A stretch of DNA of 56,098 nt, taken from the NCBI GenBank assembly GCA_964658865.1, contig CBAAAH010000001.1:1-56098 (forward strand), read 5' to 3'. The translations under genes and the position numbers were made by a program. This document shows, one piece after another, positions 1 to 8,208 of the stretch. The notes beneath the pieces are model-generated. The model searched no databases. It had not been told where the DNA came from and saw nothing but the letters and a program-made list of their open reading frames with translations. How positions within the stretch are numbered: the stretch's first letter is position 1; each line of letters opens with the position of its first letter. The stretch is from an uncultured Granulicella sp. Lineage in GTDB: Bacteria > Acidobacteriota > Terriglobia > Terriglobales > Acidobacteriaceae.

Positions 1-2
1 TC

Positions 3-302
3 GCTCGCTTCAACGGGCCGGGTGGCCCTTGTGGACCTCGTCCCGGAGGCGGCCCCGGCGCACCTCCGCCTCCCGGTGGTCCAGAAGCTCGCAATGTAGG
101 TGGGCAGGTAGTACCACCGCCGCCGCCGGACCGGGGCACACCCGGAGCTCCTTCGAATGCGCCTGGACAACGGAGCATTACGGCTCCTCCCCCTGCACCG
201 GGAGCTCCTGCGGTACAGCCGGGACCGGGTAACCCGAACTCGGCACAGACACCGAACCCGAATATCCCGGCTCCTCCCCCGCAGCCGGCGCCTTCTCTTT
301 AG
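3..302 (+). CDS. 3' end of a Pro/Gly-rich protein (5' truncated by the window edge)
   Basis: Frame 3 is open from base 3 to TAG at 300-302 and reads ARFNGPGGPCGPRPGGGPGAPPPPGG...VVPPPPPDRG...NIPAPPPQPAPSL*. It is absent from the ORF track because there is no start in the window, and is co-oriented with the downstream cluster. Confidence 0.7.
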   Translation, partial: ARFNGPGGPCGPRPGGGPGAPPPPGGPEARNVGGQVVPPPPPDRGTPGAPSNAPGQRSITAPPPAPGAPAVQPGPGNPNSAQTPNPNIPAPPPQPAPSL

Positions 303-365
303 TTCAGGTGGCTCTTGCAAAGCGCCCATCAACATTTCCACTCAATAAAATGAAAGGACCTGCGA

Positions 366-911
366 ATGCCCCCACCAAAGAAAGCGGCAGCAAAGCACGC
401 TGACCCGAAACATCACGCAATGAAGGATCTGCGTCGGGCTTATGAGCACCTTGGCCGAGTTGAGCTCATCCAGAAAGCTTCAGGGCACAACGAGAAAGAC
501 GTGAGCACGCTTGCTTCGCTGGCCCCGAAGGAGCTGCAGGCTGGCCACGCCAAGGACGCGGCTGACCTGTTGCGGGCTGCGGAACACTTCAGCTTTGCCG
601 CAATCGGGGATTCCTCTGTGAAGCCATCCGGCCTGTCGGCAACGTTGGAGCAGGCCGTTCAGGACGAGTTCGATCACCTGATGAAAAAGGCTCAGGATCA
701 CTGGGAACATGAGAATGAAGAGGATCGCCATGCAGAAGTCATCGTTCTCCACGCCAAAGCTCTAAAGGAAGCGAAACAAGCCTTTAAGCATGGTTCGTAC
801 CGACAGGCTCTGGAGCTCGCGCGAGGTGCTGAAGCTCTTGCCCACGTGAAGAAGCATGGCCCAGACGAGTTGGGAGCCGGCAAAGATCACCTAGAGTTGG
901 CAACCTCCTGA
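366..911 (+). CDS. Hypothetical His/Ala/Lys-rich alpha-helical protein
   Basis: 181 aa ORF with AAGGA RBS-like element upstream. Two similar helical segments (AADLLRAAEH, ALELARGAEALAH). No family recognised. Confidence 0.75.
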   Translation: MPPPKKAAAKHADPKHHAMKDLRRAYEHLGRVELIQKASGHNEKDVSTLASLAPKELQAGHAKDAADLLRAAEHFSFAAIGDSSVKPSGLSATLEQAVQDEFDHLMKKAQDHWEHENEEDRHAEVIVLHAKALKEAKQAFKHGSYRQALELARGAEALAHVKKHGPDELGAGKDHLELATS

Positions 912-976
912 TCGGCCGTCATGGGGAGATTCGTATCCCCATGACGACTTTTCTGCACCTTTTCGCTTGAGGACCT

Positions 977-2254
977 ATGAACGCTACTCCCAACTTGCTG
1001 CTTGAGAAAAGATCTGGTCTCCGCGCTCTGGAAGCAACCAACTTTTTTCTAGCCGATGTCCAAACGGGACTCGGTCCTTTTCTGGCAGCTTCGCTGGCGA
1101 GCGCGGGCTGGCAACCCGGCAGGATAGGAATGGCGTTAACGGTCGGAGGCATTGTTACCGTTCTGCTGCAAACCCCAGCCGGTGCGATTGTGGATCGTGT
1201 TCGTTCAAAAAGAATGATCCTGGTTCTGGCTGCACTGGTCCTCGCCGTAGGGGCGATCATGCTTTGGACCTCTGTGGCACCACTCGCGGTGTACTCGGCG
1301 GAGGTCCTCATCGGCAGCTCCGGACCCTTCCTCGCTCCAACGCTCGCCGCTATAACGATGGGGCTCGTGGGGGTTCGACTCTTTGACCGGCAATTTGGGA
1401 AGAATCAGTCCTTCAACGCTGCTGGAAACATAGCGAGCGCCTTGTTGATCGCGCTGGTTAGCCATCTCTTCGGTGGCAGAGCCATGTTTCTTACGGCTGC
1501 GATTCTAACCATCCCCACAATCCTGTCCGTGCTTTCGATCCGACGAGACGACATCGACTTTAACCTGGCGCGTGGAAAAGGAGAGCTTGATGACAAGCCG
1601 GATGGGAAGAACGATTCGTTCCTTACAACTCTGCGCGGGGATCGAGTGCTCTTCATCTTCCTCGCCTGTGCCTTCCTGTTTCACTTGGCAAATGCTGCGA
1701 TGCTGCCGGAACTTGGAGAAATGCTGACGCACGGAAACAGCAAGTCGGCAGCGCCGTTCATGTCTGCCTGCGTTATTGTGACGCAGGTCGTCATCATGAG
1801 TTCTGCCCTGTTTGTCGGCCGATACGCGAACCTGCACGGACGTAAGCCGCTGCTTCTCCTTGGCTTCGCGGTGCTTCCAATCCGAGCGTTGCTTTATACG
1901 ATCATCCACAACACGGCTGGGCTGATCGCTGTTCAGGTTTTGGATGGAATCGCGAACACGATCTTCGGCGTTGTTTCCGTTTTTGTTGTAGCGGACCGCA
2001 CCCGAGGTACCGGGCACTTCAACCTTGTCCAGGGGATGCTTGCCACTGCAGTAGGCCTTGGTGCCGCCCTCAGTACGACACTGGGAGGCTTTCTGATTCA
2101 ACATGGCAGCTATCGTCTTTCTTTCCTGACTCTGGGCGGCATTGCTCTTGCCGCATTTTGCCTGGTTTTTTTCGGAGTGCCCGAGACAGTTTCAAGCGAA
2201 GGCGCATCGGACGGAAAGGCAACACTGCTCACTTCTTCTGAGGCTTCCGCATGA
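977..2254 (+). CDS. MFS transporter
   Basis: About 12 hydrophobic segments; motif-A-like GAIVDRVRSKR and GRYANLHGRKP; GAGGA RBS. Confidence 0.9.
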   Translation: MNATPNLLLEKRSGLRALEATNFFLADVQTGLGPFLAASLASAGWQPGRIGMALTVGGIVTVLLQTPAGAIVDRVRSKRMILVLAALVLAVGAIMLWTSVAPLAVYSAEVLIGSSGPFLAPTLAAITMGLVGVRLFDRQFGKNQSFNAAGNIASALLIALVSHLFGGRAMFLTAAILTIPTILSVLSIRRDDIDFNLARGKGELDDKPDGKNDSFLTTLRGDRVLFIFLACAFLFHLANAAMLPELGEMLTHGNSKSAAPFMSACVIVTQVVIMSSALFVGRYANLHGRKPLLLLGFAVLPIRALLYTIIHNTAGLIAVQVLDGIANTIFGVVSVFVVADRTRGTGHFNLVQGMLATAVGLGAALSTTLGGFLIQHGSYRLSFLTLGGIALAAFCLVFFGVPETVSSEGASDGKATLLTSSEASA

Positions 2255-3411
2255 ATTCCTTGTTTTCTGTACCTCCCTTTCGGCCTTTAGAGCCGGATGC
2301 CGCAGACGTTCTCTCTTGGGCCCATATCGGAGATTTGCATATGACGTTCGACGGCGCTCAAAACCATCACGATCTTCGCGCCATCGTCGCCGAGATCGAC
2401 GGCTGCTTTGCGGGCTCGATCAGCTTTGTTTTTCTGCCGGGGGATATCGCCGATGATGGCAGTCATTCGTCGTATGCGGTGGTTCGCAGAACGCTCGATG
2501 CGTTGCAGGTGCCATGGTGCGCCATCGTCGGCGATCATGACGTGCACGAGAAGAGCTTCACAAACTTTCTGGAGATGATGTCCTCAAAGATGCACTATGC
2601 ATTCACGGTCGGCAGGGTGCGTTTCATCGCCATGAACGCCTTTGAAGTTCCCGACCCTGGCTCGTTTACGGTTCTCCCGGAGCAACTCCAATGGTGTGAG
2701 CAGGAGTTGATTGGCGCATCTGAAGCAGGTTTAGAAACGGTGCTGTTCCTGCATTGCTATCCCAGTGAATTGAAGGTGGGAGCAGAGCAGCTTGAGTTGC
2801 TCATCCGCCAGTACGGCGTCCGAATCGTCGATATGGGGCACACCCACTACAACGAGGTGGCGAACGACGGTTGCACCCTTTACTCCTCGACGCGTTCTAC
2901 GGGCCAGCTTGAAGAGGGTCTTGTCGGATTCTCTGTCGCGAGTCTTGACCACGGGGTTGCGAGCTGGAAGTTCCTGGAACTCGGCACACTCCCCGCTGTG
3001 ATGATTACCTCTCCTGGGGATGTGCGCCTTCTTAGAGACGCAGAAGCCACCTTGCAGGCCGGTGCCGAAGGTCTTCACGTTCGAGCAAAAGTCTGGTCGA
3101 AATCAGACATCCGGAAGGTGTGTGCGAGCGTTGGGAATGGCGATGTCGAGCTCAAGCGAATTGATAACTCCCGCGTGTGGCAGGGTGTAGTCTCAGCGGC
3201 AGGCAAGACCGTCGGTGACGTATCCCTGCGTGTCTGGGCGGAAGATGTGATGGGCACCACCGGAGAAGATTCCATTCGAGTAGTGTTCGGGAATCGGCCT
3301 GAGCTGCCGCACCGTATGAAGCGGGATCTGGAGAATGCCCTCGCGGCCTGGCCTGAACACGGACTCCTCGGAACCCAGCTTGGCCCGAACAAGCATGGGA
3401 GGAAGTGGTAG
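2251..3411 (+). CDS. Calcineurin-like metallophosphoesterase with C-terminal beta-rich extension
   Basis: Motifs GDLH, GDIADDG, GDHD (GNHD variant), FLH and GHTH. ATGA overlap with the MFS stop. Confidence 0.88.
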   Translation: MNSLFSVPPFRPLEPDAADVLSWAHIGDLHMTFDGAQNHHDLRAIVAEIDGCFAGSISFVFLPGDIADDGSHSSYAVVRRTLDALQVPWCAIVGDHDVHEKSFTNFLEMMSSKMHYAFTVGRVRFIAMNAFEVPDPGSFTVLPEQLQWCEQELIGASEAGLETVLFLHCYPSELKVGAEQLELLIRQYGVRIVDMGHTHYNEVANDGCTLYSSTRSTGQLEEGLVGFSVASLDHGVASWKFLELGTLPAVMITSPGDVRLLRDAEATLQAGAEGLHVRAKVWSKSDIRKVCASVGNGDVELKRIDNSRVWQGVVSAAGKTVGDVSLRVWAEDVMGTTGEDSIRVVFGNRPELPHRMKRDLENALAAWPEHGLLGTQLGPNKHGRKW

Positions 3412-4692
3412 ATGATCTCGCCTGAAATTGTCCACATCGTCCTTGTCGCCGTCGTAGCGATCAGCATTCTCCTCATGCTGATTCGCCCCAAAAACATCCC
3501 GGAAGTCTACTGGGTGAGTGGCGGTGCTCTACTGCTGGTTGTCTTACGTCTGATCCCCTTGAAGCTTGCGGGCAAAGCTGTCGCTGAAGGTTCAGACGTT
3601 TACCTGTTCCTCATCGGCATGATGCTCCTTTCCGCATTGGCAAGGCAAAACGGCGTCTTTGACTGGCTCTCCTCGGTAGCAGTGCGGAGCGCCAATGGGT
3701 CCTGCTCCCGCTTGTTTACTTTGGTCTACGGCATTGGAACGGTCGTGACGATCTTCATGTCGAACGATGCGACGGCGGTCGTACTGACACCTGCAATCCT
3801 GACAGCGGTCCGTAAGGCGAAGGTCGAGCCGCTGCCGTATCTGTTCGTTTGCGCGCTGATCGCGAATGCGGCGTCGTTCGTGCTCCCGATCTCGAATCCG
3901 GCCAATCTGGTGGTCTTTCATCAGGGCATGCCACCCCTGGGTCAGTGGCTTTTATCGTTTGGGGTGCCATCTCTGCTTTCGATCGCTGTTACCTACGGAG
4001 TCATGCGGTTCATCTTCCGCAAGGATCTCGGGAATTCCATTGAATGTGAGGTGGAAGCAGAGCCGCTGAAGAGCGAAGGAAAGCTGGTGCTGGCAGGTCT
4101 CGTGCTGATGATCGTAGTGCTTCTTACGGCTTCGGAACTCAAGAAAGATTTGGGCCTGCCGGCTTGCCTTGCGGCTTTGGCGATTACCGCCGCCGTATCG
4201 ATCAAGAACAAGAGCAACCCACTTAACCTGGCAAAAGAGATTAGCTGGGGAACCCTCGTCCTTGTCGCTGGCCTCTTCGTCATGGTGGACGCGGTTGAAA
4301 GTATCGGCGCTCTGAAGCTTACCCAGAGCTGGCTGACCGATGCACAGAAGCTCGTGCCCGCAGCGGGAGCCATGGTCGTCGGTTTTGTGGTGGCAGTCGC
4401 AAACAATTTGGTCAACAATCTGCCGCTTGGCCTGATCGCTGGAGGCACCCTGCATGCGGCTCACGTTAAAGGACTAATCGCCAATGCCGTTCTGATCGGC
4501 GTCGATCTTGGGCCGAACCTCTCGATTACCGGGTCGCTCGCAACAATTCTCTGGCTTCTTGCCCTCCGGAAAGAGAAGCTCGATGTGAGCTTCTGGAAGT
4601 TTCTGAAGGTCGGTGCGATCGCCATGCCGGTAGCGTTGGCTGTTTCGCTTGGCGGAGCCATCGTCATGCAGATGCTTGTTCCGGCACACTAA
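3412..4692 (+). CDS. ArsB/NhaD (ion transporter superfamily) permease
   Basis: SNDATAVVLTP, ANAASFVLPISNPANLV, NLVNNLP and GVDLGPNLSITGSLATILW are ArsB/NhaD-type signatures. Starts immediately after the upstream stop. Confidence 0.88.
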   Translation: MISPEIVHIVLVAVVAISILLMLIRPKNIPEVYWVSGGALLLVVLRLIPLKLAGKAVAEGSDVYLFLIGMMLLSALARQNGVFDWLSSVAVRSANGSCSRLFTLVYGIGTVVTIFMSNDATAVVLTPAILTAVRKAKVEPLPYLFVCALIANAASFVLPISNPANLVVFHQGMPPLGQWLLSFGVPSLLSIAVTYGVMRFIFRKDLGNSIECEVEAEPLKSEGKLVLAGLVLMIVVLLTASELKKDLGLPACLAALAITAAVSIKNKSNPLNLAKEISWGTLVLVAGLFVMVDAVESIGALKLTQSWLTDAQKLVPAAGAMVVGFVVAVANNLVNNLPLGLIAGGTLHAAHVKGLIANAVLIGVDLGPNLSITGSLATILWLLALRKEKLDVSFWKFLKVGAIAMPVALAVSLGGAIVMQMLVPAH

Positions 4693-4721
4693 AGCTCAAA
4701 ACCACGAAAAAGGAGAACGTT

Positions 4722-5168
4722 ATGAACGCTGGCTGGATCATCCCCTTCATCATCCTCGGTGGCGCGCTGCAACCCTGCGGCGCCGCCATGAACGGTCAAC
4801 TGAATAAGTCGATCGGCAATCCGTGGCTCGCGTCGACCATTTCTTTTCTGCTGATTACATTCTTCTTCGCCGCTGCGTTTCTCATCATGCCACACCCATT
4901 GCCGACCACCAAAAGCCTGGCGGAGATGCCTTGGTGGGCTGTTGTCGGTGGCCTCGTGGGGGCGGTTCAGGTGTACGCAGGGCTTACCTTCGTCAATAAG
5001 ATCGGCGCGGGGCCATTCATGGGCTTCACCGTTACTGCCGCTCTCATCACGTCCCTTGTGATTGACCATTTCGGCTGGTTTCGGATGGATCAGCACCCCA
5101 TCAACATCTGGCGGGGACTTGGAGGCTTGCTTCTGGTGGGAGGTGTCACGCTCATCGCGAAGTTCTAA
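4722..5168 (+). CDS. DMT family transporter (YdcZ/DUF606-like)
   Basis: 148 aa, about 5 TM segments, MNGQL, PWWAVVGGLVGA and SLVIDHFGWF; AAGGAG RBS. Confidence 0.85.
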   Translation: MNAGWIIPFIILGGALQPCGAAMNGQLNKSIGNPWLASTISFLLITFFFAAAFLIMPHPLPTTKSLAEMPWWAVVGGLVGAVQVYAGLTFVNKIGAGPFMGFTVTAALITSLVIDHFGWFRMDQHPINIWRGLGGLLLVGGVTLIAKF

Positions 5169-5392
5169 GCGCATCCAAGGGGCTGGACGCACCTGAATGG
5201 CGGGAACTGACGGACAGGAACGGGCACACGCGGGACCGAGCTTTCCTGCAGCCGTTGTCGAAGCGATGAAAGCCTCACCGTGGCAGCGTGCGTGGATGGA
5301 ATGGACTCCGCATGGAAGTTTACCGCTAACTAGGCCTCATCGGCCGGCAAGTGAATTTTGCGACCAGCCGTCACGTGCCGGTGTACTGGCTC

Positions 5393-5411
5393 GATGGTCG
5401 AATCGACCATC
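5393..5411. promoter_or_regulatory. Perfect 9-bp inverted repeat (candidate operator or recombination site)
   Basis: GATGGTCGA-A-TCGACCATC, flanked by the direct repeat GTACTGG at 5383-5389 and 5414-5420. Function unknown. Confidence 0.35.
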
Positions 5412-5676
5412 AGGTACTGGTTCTTCTTGTTTATACCCGGCGTCTCAATACCGAGATGTCCGAGCGCCACGGTATTCACTATTGATAGTTAGCCGAGCGC
5501 GTTGGCATGGAGGATCGGACGAAAACCAATCTGAATGGCTTAAAAGTTCCTCAGATCATGCAACGATGAATGGCATCTTTCGTGCAGAGGATAGAGAGCA
5601 TGAACTGTTCTTCTGAAAACAGGTTGAGCCCTTTACTCCTTTGTAGCCATGTGTTAAGGCGGAAGAGCACGAACGT

Positions 5677-6501
5677 ATGAGCGCCTTTCTTCGGATTCCG
5701 ACGCCGCCTACGACCATTTACCTAAGATCAGATGGTTCAGAGCTAGGCCTCTATATAGAACGGTTTAGCTCTATAACTCACTTTCTACACCATCTGCCTT
5801 GGTTTGTTTTGGGCGGATGCGTATTGCTGGTGCTCGTGTGCTGCTTCTGTAGTGTCTGTTTGCACCGCTCGAGTGAGCGCCTGATTCTCTCCGTCAGAAG
5901 TCTTGCAGGTGTGTTCGGCAAAGCGGATCACCCCCGTAGTTGGAAAAGTGGGCTTTCCTTTGAGGAATGGTCAAATCTTCGAAGCCGTATGAACTCTCTG
6001 TCCGGAGAAGCCGCGAAATGGGCGTCCTGCTTGTCGCAACACGTTGAGGCGTACCCTAGTCTTTCCGGAGACGATGTCTTTTACCGTACCGAAGGCGCCA
6101 GGGAAGCGCTGCCCTATACAGAAGTCGTTTCTTCAATGCATGCACAACGGTATAGCAGTTTTCCAGGCCTGTTGACTGGTGCGGGCCTGACCCTCACCTT
6201 TATTGCTATTCTCCTTGCACTGAATGGCGTTACATATGATCCGACAAACAGCATGGATCCAATTAGAGGAATAGACGTGCTGATCAACGGATTATCGGGA
6301 AAATTTACAAGCTCAATTGTGGCGCTCAGCCTTAGCATCGCCTTCACTTTATATGAACAAAGACGTATGCGCCTGGTCCGGTGCGCATACTCGCACCTTC
6401 TGCAAACGATAGACGGCACGCTTCCTAAGCTGTCGCCCAATCGTATTCTTTTGGATATTCATCAAAGCCTAATTCGATCAAAGCCGGCACCGCCTCGATG
6501 A
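5677..6501 (+). CDS. ZorA-like MotA/TolQ/ExbB-superfamily membrane protein lacking the long cytoplasmic tail
   Basis: N-terminal TM, ~100 aa soluble region, then FPGLLTGAGLTLTFIAILLAL and GIDVLINGLSGKFTSSIVALSLSIAFTLYE (ZorA-type TM2/TM3). The protein ends ~50 aa after TM3. Start codon uncertain. Confidence 0.75.
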   Translation: MSAFLRIPTPPTTIYLRSDGSELGLYIERFSSITHFLHHLPWFVLGGCVLLVLVCCFCSVCLHRSSERLILSVRSLAGVFGKADHPRSWKSGLSFEEWSNLRSRMNSLSGEAAKWASCLSQHVEAYPSLSGDDVFYRTEGAREALPYTEVVSSMHAQRYSSFPGLLTGAGLTLTFIAILLALNGVTYDPTNSMDPIRGIDVLINGLSGKFTSSIVALSLSIAFTLYEQRRMRLVRCAYSHLLQTIDGTLPKLSPNRILLDIHQSLIRSKPAPPR

Positions 6502-6685
6502 AGTTTCAGGCAGAACATTTATGGACTCACGTTCGCACTGGTTGAAGCTCATTGGTGATAGCGCAGATGGTTCGTGCTGAAGAAATTTACCTTAAGCAGC
6601 CTTATCAAAATTGCTCCGCCTTGTCTCCTCCTCCTCGTCGTTAATCAAACCATCATTCGCAGCAACGAAGAGAGAGCGGACACCG

Positions 6686-7366
6686 ATGAACAGCAGTGAG
6701 AACGCGGGCGACCACCTCAGCAGCTCATTCACAGATTTGATGAGCTCACTCATGGTCATTTTTGTGCTGTTACTTTTGGCTTTCATCAGCCACACCTCGC
6801 ACCATGAAGCTAGAGTCGTCGAAGATGTTCGAGATCAGTTGCGGTTGAACCTGAAATCAAAAGGATTTGCTGCAGACAATGTTTTGCGAGATCCCAGGGA
6901 CTCCAATGCAATACTTGTGGTCATATCCGGACGACTGATGAATTTTGAAAATCAACAGGCTTCACTCAAGCCGAGCGGAAGGCACTGGCTCAATGCGAAC
7001 ATCCCTCGGCTTGCAGCAGTGATTTGCGACCCCAGGTACATGGGTGCGATCGATTCTATTGTGGTCGAGGGCCATACGGACAGCTTCGGATGGGCTGGGA
7101 GATCGGCGGTGGAAAGCGAAAATGCAAACCTGGAACTCAGCCAGAAAAGATCTCTTACGGTTGTACAAGAGGCGCTACATTCGCTTGATCAAACTCCATC
7201 ATCACGCACTTGTTTTTTAGATCGACTATCAGCATCTGGACGTGGGCAGCGAGACCTGCAATCGACCCCGGAGAATAGCAGGCGTGTCGTTCTTAGGGTT
7301 CGGGTCAGAGCGAATGCCGCGCAGGCACTTGAAAAAGAATTGTCGAGTCCTCACGAAGCGGACTGA
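6686..7366 (+). CDS. ZorB-like MotB/OmpA-family protein
   Basis: N-terminal SFTDLMSSLMVIFVLLLLAFI (TM with the conserved Asp); OmpA-like IVVEGHTDS, NLELSQKRS and SRRVVLRVRV. ATG at 6686 preferred over TTG at 6611. Confidence 0.82.
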   Translation: MNSSENAGDHLSSSFTDLMSSLMVIFVLLLLAFISHTSHHEARVVEDVRDQLRLNLKSKGFAADNVLRDPRDSNAILVVISGRLMNFENQQASLKPSGRHWLNANIPRLAAVICDPRYMGAIDSIVVEGHTDSFGWAGRSAVESENANLELSQKRSLTVVQEALHSLDQTPSSRTCFLDRLSASGRGQRDLQSTPENSRRVVLRVRVRANAAQALEKELSSPHEAD

Positions 7367-7545
7367 TGTTTCAAGGGACGACCTTCAATTGATCTGGCTC
7401 TGTAAATCCCTGTCAGTTTAACTTTGGGTGTTCACCTGCTGGCGGAATGAAGTCTGCATGGCAAAGTAGTCAAGGCGGTCATCCAAAATGGCTGCAACTT
7501 GCCGATTTATGAGGAGACGTTGCGTTCGTCTCGTCCGAGCTCCAA

Positions 7546-7781
7546 CCACACGGCCTGCAAGTTTGTTGGGTGTGGAGTGGCCCAGCTATTGACATGAGCC
7601 GATGGGATCGTAACGATGGATTGCGAGAAGCGCTGGTGCAGTTGGCACGGCAGAAGCCGCGCTGTAGCTATCGCCGGCTGCATGCACTTCCGAGCCGTCA
7701 CGGCGATGAGGTGAACGGGAAGCGCATCTACGGCTGTACGTCAAAAAGCGATTGATGGTGCGGAACAGAAGACAAACGTTG
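7546..7781 (+). mobile_element. Degenerate IS3-family (IS407-group-like) transposase OrfB fragment
   Basis: Across frameshifts and a stop it reads TACK/LLGVEWPSY*HEP/DRNDGLREALVQLARQKPRCSYRRLHA..HGDEVNGKRI/RLYVKKRLMVR, the typical OrfB N-terminal HTH region. No DDE core or terminal repeats seen. Confidence 0.75.
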
Positions 7782-8208
7782 CCCTCCACCGCGACTGAAA
7801 TGCGATATCGGAGACCTGGGCCTTAATTTGGTAGCTCGGTGATCCCTTTTCGCTTAATCTACAGGAACATCGAGGTGGCCGCGCAATGCGTTTGCATTTT
7901 CAGCAGCAGGAGGGGTGTCGTTCATCGGCTTTAGCGATTTCATTCTGGCCTCAGGAGGAGTCTCGAATCTAAGCCTCATCAAGCTGGATCGCAAGAAGCC
8001 GAATGGGGCTATTCTCGAAATCACCGATGCAGATCCTCAATCCGTGTTGAGATATACGTTCAAGGTGCTGACGCTGGAGCAGTGGTTTTGGAGCTTCTTT
8101 GAAAATTTGTGAACGACCGGAGTCTCTCAAACCGCGATGGCCGCACGAAGCGATCATGATTAGGCTTACCGGGCGGTTATTCTACGTGTAGTGAATGGAG
8201 TAAGGACG

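Noticed and set aside
1-300. Repetitive CCG/CCC-rich DNA as a tandem repeat or CRISPR
   Set aside because: Explained by poly-Pro/Gly coding; no fixed repeat-spacer periodicity.
3412-4692. Naming the permease arsB
   Set aside because: Family signature only; no arsR/arsC context, so the substrate is not established.
5184-5270. Peptide LDAPEWRELTD..RDRAF reminiscent of a tyrosine recombinase segment
   Set aside because: Too short, with no catalytic motifs downstream; could be chance. A translated search would settle it.
5197-5616. 139-aa ORF upstream of the ZorA-like gene as a possible effector
   Set aside because: No RBS, atypical composition and no motif; treated as non-coding.
5677-7366. 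Calling the pair flagellar motA/motB
   Set aside because: Three-TM topology and motifs fit ZorA/ZorB better; no flagellar genes are adjacent.
7915-8112. 65-aa ORF between the IS relic and GH78
   Set aside because: No recognisable family; may be debris, cannot be supported.
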